From contig NC_045696.1 in NCBI RefSeq assembly GCF_009834535.1, positions 75,890,001-75,954,000 of the forward strand: a stretch of 64,000 bases of DNA, in the 5' to 3' direction. Positions 28,350 through 41,099 of the stretch are shown one piece after another. Origin of the DNA: Camelus ferus (Eukaryota). Made by a program: the position numbers and the translations under genes. A model generated the notes under the pieces. That model saw nothing but the letters and a program-made list of their open reading frames with translations, did no database searches and was not told the origin of the DNA. Positions within the stretch are counted from its first letter, which is position 1. Each line of letters starts with the position of its first letter.

Positions 28350-29980
28350 AAAATATTCAGGAGCCAACTGATGAAGCTTCTACTTGCCAGAGAGAGGACA
28401 TTTGAGTATCAGTAGAATAATAACTGTGATGCATTAATGCATAATCCAATATGCTTAAATCTATGTATTCATAATGATACTAAAAAAAGAATTAATCAGG
28501 CATCTTTGAAAGATGTTATGAGGATTAAATCACTGTTTTGATAACCAGTAAATATAGAGACAAACGTAAATATTCTTCCTACCTTTCCCAGAACCAAGTA
28601 GATATAGAAAGTTTTTCTTTAGATAATTATTTCAACTAATAAAGATAGAATAATAGAATTATACTATTAATATTTTGCAAACCCTAATGCAATGTTGCTC
28701 TAGTTGATGAATATCAATGGTTACTAACATTATACACCACAAATGAGAAGTATACATTATGTGCCTCTGCTGGCATATCACCTAAGAACTTCTCTTGCCA
28801 AAAATGTGAAATCCAAGTCTGGTAAATCTTCTAGAGTTTAACTACTCAATTTACAGAGAATGTAAGAGAGAAAAAAAAATTAAACACTACCACAGAGACA
28901 CAGTCATAAAATCCAGATTGTGTGAAACTCTACAGGACAAACATCTTGGTTTATTCAATGAAGTAAGTAGCATGGAGGAAAAAAATGAGGTAGGACAAAC
29001 TTGTGCATTTAAAAGACATCTCAGGAGATGGGAGGTTTCAGAGGATGCAAACTCCCAACCATTCTACCTATGGGCACAAGTAGGATTTTCATAAGTCTAC
29101 TAGCACTGACCAGTTTAAGTCAAAGAACTTAGAAGGTGTCTAGACACAGCACCAAGAACTAGCTGAAGACAAACACAATACTTGCCCAGAGATAATCCAA
29201 TCCATCTAAGTTCCAGGAACCAGCAAGCCAGAGAAATAGGACTTAAAGAAATCTAAAGGACACTGAGACCCCCAAACACTGCCCCAGGAACTGAGAGGCT
29301 TCCAGAGAACAGGTAAGTATCACACACAAGCTTTGGCCTTAAAATGCTGCCCCAATCCCCTCTTCCCTTCTTTTACTCCTGCCATGACTTCTTTCTTCTG
29401 ATACTGGCAACCCAGAACATTCTGTGATTCTTTCTGGCTAGCTCTTGTGTAAATAAAGAGAGAAAATAAAAGATATTTAATGTATAAAGTTACATGAATC
29501 CTGAATCAATCAAGCAAATGTAATAATTAAATTATGAGTCACTTGGATGATTTAGAATATTACAATGAATTATTTTAAATATTTTTAGATATTCAAATGA
29601 CATTTTTAAAGAATATATACTGAAATATTTATTGTTAAAATGATATGATGTGAGAATTTGCTTCAAAATAATTCATAGTGTGAGGAGTAAGTCAGTTGGG
29701 ACCTAAATGAAACAGTATTGGTCATGAATGATAATTATTGAGGCTGGATGGGATCATAGATACATACTGTGAAATAATAAGAAATAATAATAATAAGAAA
29801 ATACATGTATTTCTCTGTAGGATTGCTTGATGTGGGGGAATAAAATCCCTACACATTTGGAGACCAGAAGTAAAGCGTTCTGAATATTTACAGTAAGGAA
29901 AAAAAACAAGCAGTTTTTTCTGTATGCATATTCACTCCACATGCATGTTTGAAATTATCTACATTAAAAAATTAAAACAG
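28350..29980 (+). mobile_element. L1MC-like 3'UTR fragments, interrupted by an LTR-like insert (about 29025-29493) and a MER21-like piece (about 29805-29920)
   Basis: gaaactctacaggacaaac; atatactgaaatattta...tgatatgatgtgagaatttgcttcaaaataattc; gattgcttgatgtggggga...cacatttggagaccagaagt. Confidence 0.65.
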
Positions 29981-30206
29981 CCCTACCCCCATAAACATAT
30001 ATTCTAAATTATCTACATCTTCTATACACATAATATAGTTGTGTAACTTTTTTTTAAAAAAAAGCTTTACTTAAAATATCTAAACCAGTTGAAAATTTTG
30101 ATTGAGTAGAATGAAAGTGCCCAGTCTCTTTTTCTTAATCCTACTGGTTTGGGAAACAAAGATGTGTTTTGCTATTTATTATTTTGTATAAAGTCCATTA
30201 CACCTT

Positions 30207-30642
30207 TGTTGGGGGGGGGAGAAATTTTTCTCTGCTTTTCTAGATTCTTCTGGCTGATCTAAGAATTAAATTGACATGAGGTGATTAACAGGAGAAAAAT
30301 CAAACAAATCTTATACATGGGAGAGACCCAGGAGAACTAAATAAATTGGCAAAATGGCCCAAGCCCTCACCTTAAAGACCATCTTCAGCTAAAGACAAAA
30401 GAGGATGTTGGATGTAGTGGTTTGGGACCTTAAAGGGGAAAAAGGCAATTGATATGAATATGGAAAAGCAAATATCTGATAAACAAACGTTTGCCGGGCT
30501 ATGCAGAGACAATGGGACATAGAGAGAAATGTTAACAGGCTCTGCTAGGTTCCTCCTTGTCTATCATGCCTAGTTCATATTATACTATCATCATCAATGG
30601 TGATAGCTGCCTTCCTGGAATAGCTACCTTCCTCTATCTACA
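30207..30642 (-). mobile_element. ERV1-class (MER4-group-like) solo LTR
   Basis: TG...CA termini. ctaagaattaaattgacatgaggtgattaacaggagaaaa is the reverse of the ttttctcctgttaatc... U5 motif typical of ERV1 LTRs. Confidence 0.65.
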
Positions 30643-30874
30643 TTCTGACATTTTGATGTGGCAAATTTCGTTCCCCTGCCCTTCATTTTTTCCTATCATG
30701 ACTACAGGCTTCATAATTTATTTGTTGTCTTTCCTTCCCCACAGGTATTAGTATCCTGAATGTAAAAAGCATTCAATAATGATCATCACTTAATTTGTTG
30801 CAAAACTCTAAGAGTTACAGAAATCCTTGGATGTGGTGAGACATTGTATTGATAGCTCATGGTAATGAAATCAA

Positions 30875-31150
30875 TGTCATTCAATTAAAATTTTCAGGGA
30901 GCACTTACTATAAGCAAATCCTATGGTGGGAAATTTAATACCAAGATAAATAACTACAGTTTCTGCCCTTAAGGATCCTATCAGATAATGGAGAATAGGG
31001 ACACATTGTGGTGAATACCAAAAGAGAGGGAGATATAATGCTTTCCAAAAAGGGGGGAGGAGAGAAAAAATAGGATTTCCAAAGTGTAAATCCAGGAAAG
31101 TGTTAATTTCCATGGGCAATGGGCAGTTTCACTGCCCATGACCTAGAAAT
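30875..31150 (-). mobile_element. L2 3' fragment
   Basis: tcattcaattaaaattttcagggagcacttacta...acagtttctgcccttaagga. Confidence 0.6.
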
Positions 31151-32624
31151 ATGAGGAGGACTTCAATATTTGGGCAAAGATCTAAAGGCCAGGAATGACT
31201 GAAGATGATTTCAGAGGAATGACTCTTTCTATGATTCTCATGTCTACTTTATTTATTTAAAATATAAAAGAGCAAGGATAATATAGCTCCTCTTTTGTAA
31301 TTTGTTGTAGTGATATTGTTACTTTTGTGGTAATATAATAATATTTTTAGCTTAATGATAGTCTATATTTTTTTTTGCAAATATCACAATACTTGAGCCA
31401 ATGGTGACATTTGGTCTTTTGACATTTTGTATCAACCACCCAGAAATAGGCAGTTTGCATCATTAAATGTTGCCTTTGAATTACTGTGTAGGGAGTGGGG
31501 ACAGAAATTCTATGTTAATATGAAGAATGAACCATCAGATACATCCTAATTTAATTTTGAAACACCTTTTTTTATAATTTAAATATATATTTTGTGTTTT
31601 ATTTTTATTTCTCCGTGGTATTATAAAATCCTTTAGAATGTACTGTAGTTCACTTAATCGCTAGTATATTCTAAGAGGCCCTTCTGGGAATTCTTAACAG
31701 AAACAGCATGAAGTGGGTGCTAAGAACACTGCAGCTTGCTTTATAATTTACAGTGTAGGTGTAAATCCTTTCTCTTAAGAACAGCACAAAATTGCCATTT
31801 AATTCACTTCAGGGACATTTAAATTAGGTACATTTATATTTTAAAATAACATTTTTGTATTTTCCTCAAGTTATACTCGAGTGAACTGTTCACCCAAAGA
31901 ACAGCACATGTCTAATGCATAATCAGCGTAACACAGCATACTGACGATTGTATAATAAATAAGAACAATGCTGTTAATTAAGATCTTGATTGAGCCCAGA
32001 ATTGCAGCTAGTGAAAGATCTCATAGTGTCTCCAGGCCATCTGGTTCAAATTGTCAATATTAACCTCCTATGCTTTCTTTCAAAAGATAGCTCCACGTTG
32101 ACAAAGGCCTGCGAGTCACATTGGAGAGAAAGAAAAGTGCTTCTGATAATGTGCCCCTACTTCCAGATCTCAGAGAGATGCTAAAAGAATTCATATTACT
32201 AAAAAGTCATGAAGGATAATGAAGAGAAAAAAGTAACAATGGGGGGAAGTAGGAAAGTGTGAGTGTAGCAAGGGTGACAAGTGACTGACAAACATCTGTG
32301 TGGCAGGAAATACACCGCTGGGGGTTTGTGGTAAAAACCAGAAGCAGCAAAATGTATAGGCAGGGGTACTTCAGGGTAAGAGGCGTGGCCTCAGAGATGG
32401 GAGAGATTGTTTTATGAACATTTCCTCAGTTATATTTTTTTCTACAAAGATACAATATTGGAGCAAATCAAAGTTTAATATTCAAGATTTGAACTGTGAC
32501 ATTCTCAATTACGTGATGATCAAGAAGGTTTGCAAATAAAATTGAAAAATCTTATCCAGCTTAAGTATAAAACACAGACACTCAAATAAAACATTAAAGA
32601 GTAGAAAGTCTGGTTTGATTTAGT

Positions 32625-33870
32625 ATTTATTTATCCATTCAACATATTTATTGTGACCTTTCCAATTGTCAGGCACTGCTCTAAATGCTAAGGACACAGC
32701 AGAGATTGAGACAAAGTCCCCACTTTTTTGAAGCTGGTATTCTACTGAAGTAGGGAAGAGACTACACATATACACAAATAAATAACCTCATATAGTTTTT
32801 AATAAGGCTAGAAAACAGTGCCAAGGTGAGAGTGGTAAGAAATGGTATCAGAGGTGTGGCCAGTGGCTAGATCTGGTGTGTCTTCCTGGGATATGGAGCA
32901 GCCATGGGACACTACTGAGGGTTTCTAACATGAGAGACATGCAATCTGATAGACATTTAAAAAGGATCAAGCTCCTTTAGGAAGACTGTAAGGAGATAAA
33001 TAGTGGAAGCAGGAAGAATAGTTAGGAGATTGCTGCAATAGCTTAGAAATGTCTTATATTAAGGTAGTAGAAGTAGATATGGTGGAAGTGATATGTTCAT
33101 TTTACAACTTGAAGGTCTATCTAAGAATATTTGCTGATACATTAAATGTCACTGTTATTTTAAGCAACTGGGTGAATGGCAGAAATTAGTTTGGGGTTGA
33201 AATCAATTGCATAGGTAAATATGTAGAATAGACTGTTGGATATTTTAGTCCAAGTTCAGGGGACACAACAGAGTTGAAGATAAACAATTAAGAGTCAATA
33301 ACATGTACATGACACTTAAAGGCATGGCACAGGATGGGCTCATATAAGGAAAGAGAATAAAGAACAAGGCCAAGGACTAAGACGTGGGCATAACCAACAT
33401 TTCAGGGTCAGGGGAGAAAGACGAACCCAGCACAAGGAGTGATGGTGGAGTAGGAGGGTTGAACATGATGAAGTCAAAGAATCAACTATATGGGTCTGGT
33501 AGGATGGAGGTCATTGCTCTGCTTATCTTAATGAAAGCTGTTTAGGGGCAGTTCTGGGGATACAAGCCTGGGTAAAGTGGGCTGAGAGGACATGGAAATA
33601 AGGAAATAGAAAGAAGAGGTGCAGACAATTGACTGCAGGACAATGAATATAAAAGCAGAGGGAAGAAACAACAACAACAGGTTAGTAGATGGAAGGAGGA
33701 AGACATCATGTCAAGAGACTGTTTCTTATTTCTTTGTTTGATTGTTTCCTTTAAGACAGCTAACATTAAGGCTTGTGCCAGAGAGAGTAACCCAGTCAGG
33801 AGGAAGAAATGAGTGCTGCAGGAGAGGGAATAATTGCAGGAGCAAAGACCTTGAGGTACTGAGAAAGGAT
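32625..33870 (-). mobile_element. L2 fragments
   Basis: atccattcaacatatttattg...caggcactgctctaaatgct; catttaaaaaggatcaa; ggaagcaggaagaatagttaggag. Confidence 0.75.
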
Positions 33871-33934
33871 GACCCTAATTTCCTCAATGATGCACTAAGT
33901 ATTTGTTTACTGTAAGCTTTAGCTAAGCCACTGA

Positions 33935-34040
33935 ATAAAGTGATTTTAACTTAATTGTTCTGGGAGGGGTCCTGGGCATCAATATATTTTTTAAAAACTC
34001 CCCAGTTACTTCTAATGTGCAGCCAGGGTGAAGAAGCAAT
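33935..34040. mobile_element. MER5A-like hAT-Charlie fragment
   Basis: ggggtcctgggcatcaatatattttttaaaaactccccagttacttctaatgtgcagccagggtgaagaagca. Confidence 0.7.
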
Positions 34041-35258
34041 AATCTAAACAAAAGTTTTGTGTTTATCACTTTTCGGTTTTTCCTTATAGTTTTGAGGATA
34101 TATATATATATATATATACCCAGCAGTTTACTGCTGTTCATGAACTTTATGTAAATAGAGTAACACCATATGTATTTTGTATATTGCTTTCTTTTGTTTT
34201 CCATTGTGTTTATGGGATTCACACACGGTGCTGTGTGCAGCTCTGGCTCATTGTCCGAGCAGATGAAAAAATGTATAATTTCTCCACTCTCTTGTTTAAT
34301 GAATATGTGAAACACTTTTTCGTCACTTTTTGACTATTGCAAATCATACTGCTATGAGCATTCTTAAATATGTATTTGATTCACTATCACATTTTTTCCT
34401 GGGAAGGGAGACTATAAACTGGTATAACTAATTTGGAAAATAATTTGACATTATGTATTAGTTTTTCAAAAATGGTAATTATACTTTATGTTTAGTTCCA
34501 TAATTGCATATCACATACTATATTCTGAAATTGTTTTGAAAAGCAAATGGTTTACATTTGGTTGCAGTTCAATTCGATCTTCCTCTTCATTATTTCTTTC
34601 ATTACATTTATACTTTTAAAAAATTATCTGCCATTAAATAGCAGTTCAAAATTCAACTAGAGTTTTCTTGGTTCCATTTATTCTACACTTAGCTTTTTAA
34701 TACAACTGAAATTTTTTATTAAATAAAGTTAGACAACAAATTATAAATTGGCCAAAAAAATTACCCACAAAATGATATCCAAAGACTCAACGGAAAGAAA
34801 ATCTATTAAGAAAATTACTCGAGACATAAACAGATAATTTACAAAAAAGACATAATTGTTAATTAAACATGAGAACAGTGTTCAAGCTTAGTAATTAAAT
34901 AACCAAAAATGCAAAACTATTATGTAACAGTTTTCACACTTATCAATACTTTAAAATAATAATCCCTAAGTCAGTCATTCTTAAACACTGCTGGTAGTAA
35001 TTCTTAGTACCAGATTCTTGGGAAAAATTGTTAACATACATCAAGAGCTATTTTAAAAAGCCATAATTATATGCCTATGATTCTCTTATAAGGAAACAGT
35101 TTAAAATGTGGATGAGGATACATATTCAAGGATATCCACTTAAGTATTATTTATAATAGAAAAAGGAAAAAAAGTTTGAAATAATACAAATGTCTCCAAA
35201 TAGAGCAAGCATTAAATTAGCTGTTTGCTATTATTAGGTCATTAAAAACATGTTTCCA

Positions 35259-35374
35259 GTTTTTATGGCTGAGTAGTATTCCATTGTATAAATATACCAC
35301 ATCTTCTTTGAATGTGACACATTGTAAAATGATTATAAATCAATAAAAAATGTTAAAAAAATAAAAATAAAAAT
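35259..35374 (+). mobile_element. Micro LINE-1 insertion with 5' inversion and perfect 14-bp TSD
   Basis: TSD aaaacatgtttcca at 35245-35258 and 35375-35388. Antisense L1 piece at 35259-35309 is followed by the sense 3' terminus and poly-A. Confidence 0.9.
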
Positions 35375-36099
35375 AAAACATGTTTCCAAATGACAGTGAT
35401 ATGGGCGAGTGGTCAGAACTGAAAGAAAAGATAATTATGCACAATCTCTGCGATCTCCATTTTATGAAATGTTTCTATTTCCATTCCTCTCTTTCTCGCT
35501 GTCCTTCTCTCTCCATCCCTCCCTCACTCTCTCTCTCTGTCAGGACATAGCCAAAATATTAAGAGTGACTTTCTCTAGATGGAAAGAATGGAATAAAATT
35601 TATTTTTTCTTTATAGTTTGTTTTTCCATATCTTTAAAATGCTGTTAAGATGTTTCTTTGTGTTTGATTTAGTTGAAATGGGTGCTTGACCTACAAAAAT
35701 ACATCAGGTTAAGCACTTAGAATAAAACCATCCTGGTGCAGATTTGCTCAGTCTTACTCTGTAAACACACATCCTTTCCTGGGTGCTCAGATCTGTCAAA
35801 TCAACATTTGTCCCACATTGCCTGTTTTGGTCTTTTCTTATTTTAAATCCTGTATCCACCTTTGCAATGACCACCAACAACAGCCATGACCATTGGGTCT
35901 ATGGGAGCTGGTGGACCTGCTTCAGAGGTTGCCAGCTAATGCTGCACAAAGTAGAGAGAAAGAAAAGAATATGAGAAAAGCAATACAGCTGCAGCCACAC
36001 TGAGCACAGGCCTTGAGAAGTCTGTGGCCACGTGGGCAAGTGAGCCAGAGGGACTCCCGGGTGGGGTGCCGGGCAAACACAGAGCCCCAGGAAGTATCG

Positions 36100-36265
36100 T
36101 CAGACTAGTGTTGACTTTGACCACAGGTTCCCTTTGAGGTCTTGTCATCTGTAAAATGGGGGATGTTATGAGTTCCCTTCTAGGGATGTTATGGAATTAA
36201 ATGAGATTGACTTAAGCATAATATCTGTATATAAGTAGGTAATAAATGAATGTGGCTATTATTAC
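36100..36265 (+). mobile_element. MIR
   Basis: cttgtcatctgtaaaatgggggatg...agggatgttatggaattaaatgagat. Confidence 0.75.
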
Positions 36266-37644
36266 TTACAACACTTCAAATCCTCATGCAGAGAACTCAA
36301 GGCATGTCTCCTGATTGAGACAGTTTAGACCTTTTAGCTAATACATTATAAATGATGAGATGAAGTCACAGGGCTGATTTCCCAAACAGGACATATCGAT
36401 CCTCTCTTGTAACAACATCCTTTTTTGCAATGACTTCGTTTTTTATGCCACATTATTGACACACAGATTTGTGAGACGAATATTGATGCTGCAAATCTTT
36501 CTCCATTCTTTAAAGTGTAACTAGCTATTTTATTTTAATCTGATACTTTCAAGGTGTCAGTAAGTGTTAGTAAAATGCTTCTTTGGCAACTGGGAAAATT
36601 AACCTGTGCCAAGCAATTTACTTGAGGTTTATGGAGAAGCACGTGGCTGGAGCTGCAAGCTCTTTTCTCCTCTTTGCACATAGAAGAAAATGTCAGACCC
36701 TGTGATGGAACTGGCAAAACACTGGAGCTGGATCTGGGCCATAAAGGAGATGTTTCCTCAGACAAGTGAAGCAGCATTAGGGAAGTGGGGTGCAGCCTAG
36801 GTCAGGTTTCATAGAGACCCCAGGAGGAAGGCAACACAGTGCTGCAATGGATGCAGCAAGATTGATTACAGAGATATCTGCAAGGTACCTTGTCCCAGCA
36901 GGAGCATGGACAGGGGTCATGAGTGAGGAGGACACATTTCTACTCTGAACTGGCAGGGATGACCGAAAAGGCCAGGCCTGGGGAAAAGGCACACACTGTA
37001 GCCCTCAGACCAGCGCCAGTAACGGCACTGCTTCTGTTAATGGTATGAAGTCACACTTCCGCAGATTTCCTCAAATGATCCGCAAGACAATGTCCTTTGT
37101 ACAGCATCTGAGAGTCTTCCCCAAGGAAAAGAACCCAGTAGGCAAAATCTGTCCTCAACAACCTGAGCCTTCCTGTCTGTGCCCCTTTTCCCTTTCTTTG
37201 AGGTGCTTCCATCTTGTCTTCCTTCAAGGATCCAGTATCAACCCAGGCTGTGTAAAACACAGGCTCAGAAAGGAGGCAGTCATGTACCCCCAGAAGTCCA
37301 TTTTTACCTCCTTTAGGAAGGAGAGATTTCAAAGACTTTATCACCCAATTAGAGATCAGTAAATGATTTTAGAAAGCAGAAGACCAGCACCTAGTAGGAT
37401 ATCTGTTGTAGCCCAGTCCTCAATTTAAAGGCTTTCACAAAAACTTCCCTTCTCAAACTATCTCTGCCCAAAACCTGTCAGTGGTCAACAAAGATGTTGA
37501 ACGTCCCATAAAAAAACCAAACAAAAAACAAAAAACAAAAGCAACAACCATATCAAGCCACCATCACTTAGCCCCAGCTTAGCATAATATATCATTTAGC
37601 AAACTCATAGCCAGCAGAGGGAGTAAAAAGTAGAAAGAAACGTA

Positions 37645-37820
37645 CAGAACCAGGGTTTTCGCCTTGCCATATAGTTAAATTACCTGGGGAAAGGTAAAAA
37701 TAATATAGCTTCCTGACACCACTCCAGACCTACGAATCACAATTTTTTATGGTTGGTCCTTAGCACCTTCATTTCTAAAAAGATCTCCGGATAACTTAAG
37801 GCACAGTTTTGGGAACTCAA
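37645..37820. mobile_element. MER5A-like hAT element
   Basis: aattacctgggga...ccactccagacctacgaatcacaatttt...cacagttttgggaact. Confidence 0.55.
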
Positions 37821-39338
37821 CATGGGGCAAAAGACCTTGAGTAAACCTTGTAGTGACTAGAAAGTCACAGCTTATTGGCCTCTAATTCAACCTAAGCCCC
37901 GCTATTTTTAGCACCTGAAAACTGGGGCAAAGCAATCTGATGGGTGACACTGGTACAAAGTGGTGTTGAGCATCTCAGGACATCTTATCTGGAGGCCCCA
38001 CTCCTTCCATGGGCGTGGGCAAGAGAGGGAAAACAGAGATATTGAAACTTGCATTAGATTCCAAATTTGCAAAGTGCTTAAATAAAAAGAACACTGTTAG
38101 AAATAGCAAAACAAACAAACAAACAAACAAACATCACCTAGATATTCTTCAGTGAGAAGGGGTTGATTAAGTTGTGGTATTATTCCATCCAGCGGAAATA
38201 CTTTCAAGTGATCCTAAATAAATACATTTATAAACCTAAAAAGATGACATACTATATTAAAGATGGAAAAATAAGCATTACATATCCTTACAGATACATG
38301 ACTAATAACTGCTCAAAATTATACATATGTGCGTACATCCAGATACAGATTATGGATAATTCTTTACAAAATATTAAAAAATGTTCACTACAGTTATTTC
38401 TGAGTAAGGAGATTATGGGTATATTGTTGCTTTCTTTCTATTATTTTCTGACTTGCTTGCATGGAACACGCATTATTTGTTAACTTTTTAAAAAATGAAA
38501 GAAAGTGCCACAACTACACAATGAGCTCTTGCTCTCGGCATCTTTGTGGTCAGCTGTCACAATAGCTTCTCTTCAAGTCTCTCCACTTTTGATCTCACAG
38601 CTTTTCAATATAACTTTGTCAATACCTTAAAATGCAGATGAAGTTGTATTCATCCTCTCCAACTTCAGTGACTTCTCGTTAGCTACCAAACAAGTTCCAG
38701 CTTCTACTTAGGTCACTTGAGTTTGCTCATGATCTTTCTGATCTGTTGCTCACTTTAATTGCTCAATCCATCCCTCCATGCTCCTAGTACTCTACTCCCA
38801 TCAAGCATCCTTGGTGCTGCCAGCACACAAAATATTTTTAATGCTAGATGACTTTCCTACTTTTTTTCCCAACTTTTTCGATTATACTCACTCTTCAATG
38901 ACTGCTTAGAAGTTACTACCTACATCAGGCCTCCCATTGACACCCCTTCCATGGTTGAACCTCCACGGACACCTATTTTTATTCTTTCTCATTCATCACT
39001 TATAGGTTTGCTTCCACTGGGAAATGAAGGTTCCTGGAGTGAAGTCATACATAGCTCCCAACTCAGTGTACTGCAGATTGCACTCATTGGTAAGAAACGC
39101 ATTATAGTGACTTACAGAAAAGCTTAATGTTAATAACACAAATAACAATACACTTCTTGAAATCTACAGGTTGAATCACCCTTACATATCTGGTGATAGT
39201 GTAAAATTGTTCAGCCTCTCTGGAAAATATTTTGGCAATTTCTCATAAACCTAAACATGCAACTAGCATATGATCCAACAACGGTTGTCCTGGGCATTCA
39301 ACCCAGAGAGATGAAAACTTAAGTTCACATATAAACCT

Positions 39339-40032
39339 TGTATCAACCATGTTTTCCACTTTTCTTTCTCCCTTTCTCCCTTCCTTCCTTCCTTTCTTTC
39401 TTTCTTCCTTCCTTCCTTCCTTCCTTTCTTTCTTTCTTCCTTCCTTCCTTCCTTCCTTCCTTTCTTTCTTCCTTCCTTCCTCTCTTCCTTCCTCTCTTTC
39501 TTTCTTTCTTGTCTGACACCTGGGCCCTTGCTGCCTCTCCCATGGCTGGATAATGGTTTGTAGATTCCTCCAGAGAGCAAAGCACTGTCCCTGGAGCCTG
39601 CCTTTCATATGCAAATGAACTAATCCAAAAGCTAAATCCCCCAACTTGGCTGCCTTCTTCACAGCAGCTCTTACATTATTGAGACACTCTTCCCCTGCCC
39701 TAACCACCCCAGGGCTAGGCATTAGGGGGCCTTTGTACCCTAGGCCAGTGAAATTATTTAAATTAGCCAATCCTAACCTGGTTCACTTGCTTAAACTACC
39801 TTTCCCATCCCTTGCCTTGAAAACTTCAATAAAGGCCTTCCTGCAGTTTCCCCGCACTCTCTCTGCCCTCCTCTGACCTTAGTGTTCTCTTGTGTGACCT
39901 GCACGGCATGCTATTTGCTCTCTTCCTCTTGGGAACTGTGAGTAATAAAACGTCTTTTCAATGGCAATGTCTCCTGATCTGCTGGCCTCATTATACATGA
40001 ATAAAACAAAACCTCGGGTATATTTTAGTGCA
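39339..40032 (+). mobile_element. MER74-like (ERVL) solo LTR with 5-bp TSD
   Basis: tgtatcaaccatgtttt...cctttcatatgcaaa...ccctgccctaaccaccccagggc...gaaattatttaaattagccaatcctaa...ca. TSD aacct (39334-39338) vs aatct (40033-40037). Confidence 0.8.
39360..39510. repeat. Compound (TTCC)n/(TTTC)n polypyrimidine microsatellite
   Basis: About 150 bp of pure pyrimidine tetranucleotide repeats. Confidence 0.95.
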
Positions 40033-41099
40033 AATCTATACATAAACGTTCATAGGAGCTTTATTCATAATAACACAAAACTGGAAATAACCCAGAATAC
40101 TACTCAGCAATAAAAAGGAACAAACCATTGATACATGCAACAATTTGGGTGAATTTTCAGGGAATTACGTTGAGTGAAAAAAGCCAATCCCAAAAGGTTA
40201 TGTACTTTATGATTTCATTTGTATAAGAATCTTGAAACAACAAAACTATAAAAAGAACAGATTGGTGGTTGCTGGAGTCAGGACATGGAAGTGGGTAGGA
40301 AGGAGGTGGATGTGGATATAAAAGAGAACACGAGGGATCCTTGTGGTGACGAAAACGGTTCTGTATCTTAACTGTATCAATGTCAAGATCCTAGTTGTGA
40401 TTATTGTACTATACCTGTGAGTACTATAGGGGGAAACTGAGCAAAGGGTACACAATTGAATGTGAATCTACAATTATCCCAAAATTAAAATTTAAATTAA
40501 TATAAAACTATAGTATTGCATTTAGCAGCTAAGAGAAGAGATGTGCTCAAAGCTGTCAAGAAACAGCTCATAACTGTGGCCTATTAGTATCTTTTAGTAA
40601 ACTAGATCCTCTATCCAAAGTCACTCACCTGCCACGTAAATTCTGCTCCGTGCTATTACACACATTTCTAGACCAGATGATAGCTTATGCAAATTAAAGC
40701 ATACGCATACAATAAACTACTGCTTGTCATAGGTCTTCGTAGGGCAGGAAGAAGAAATATGAAAATTATACACAAATCATGTCAGAGTATGATGCTGGGG
40801 AAAACTTAAGAAGAACAATAATATACAGAAGTGACTAATAGTATCAAAGTAATTATTTATTATACATTTACTTTAGAAGGAATCATTGGTGATAAGATTA
40901 ATATATCCAACCAAAGATTTTTAATTACAAAGGGATGTAATCACTCTAAGTGCAAATCAAGAGACCAAGTAAGGCCATGATGCATAGGGAGTTGCAAATA
41001 ATGATCAAGGGCAATATTATGTACAAGGAGACTATGCTTACACATCCAACACTCCATCAAAGTCATTTTCAAGGCGAAATGCGTGGTTATAGGTATCAA

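Larger units (their letters stand above)
39185..40500 (+). mobile_element. Old LINE-1 3' end split by the MER74-like LTR
   Basis: ttttggcaatttctcataaacctaaacatgcaactagcatatgatccaaca...ttcacatataaacct | aatctatacataaacgttcataggagctttattcataa...gggatccttgtggtgacgaaaacggttctgtatctt. Confidence 0.85.

Noticed and set aside
39243..39770. Longest ORF (175 aa) and overlapping K/E/G/R-rich ORFs
   Set aside because: Translation of the TTCC/TTTC microsatellite and LTR sequence, not a gene.
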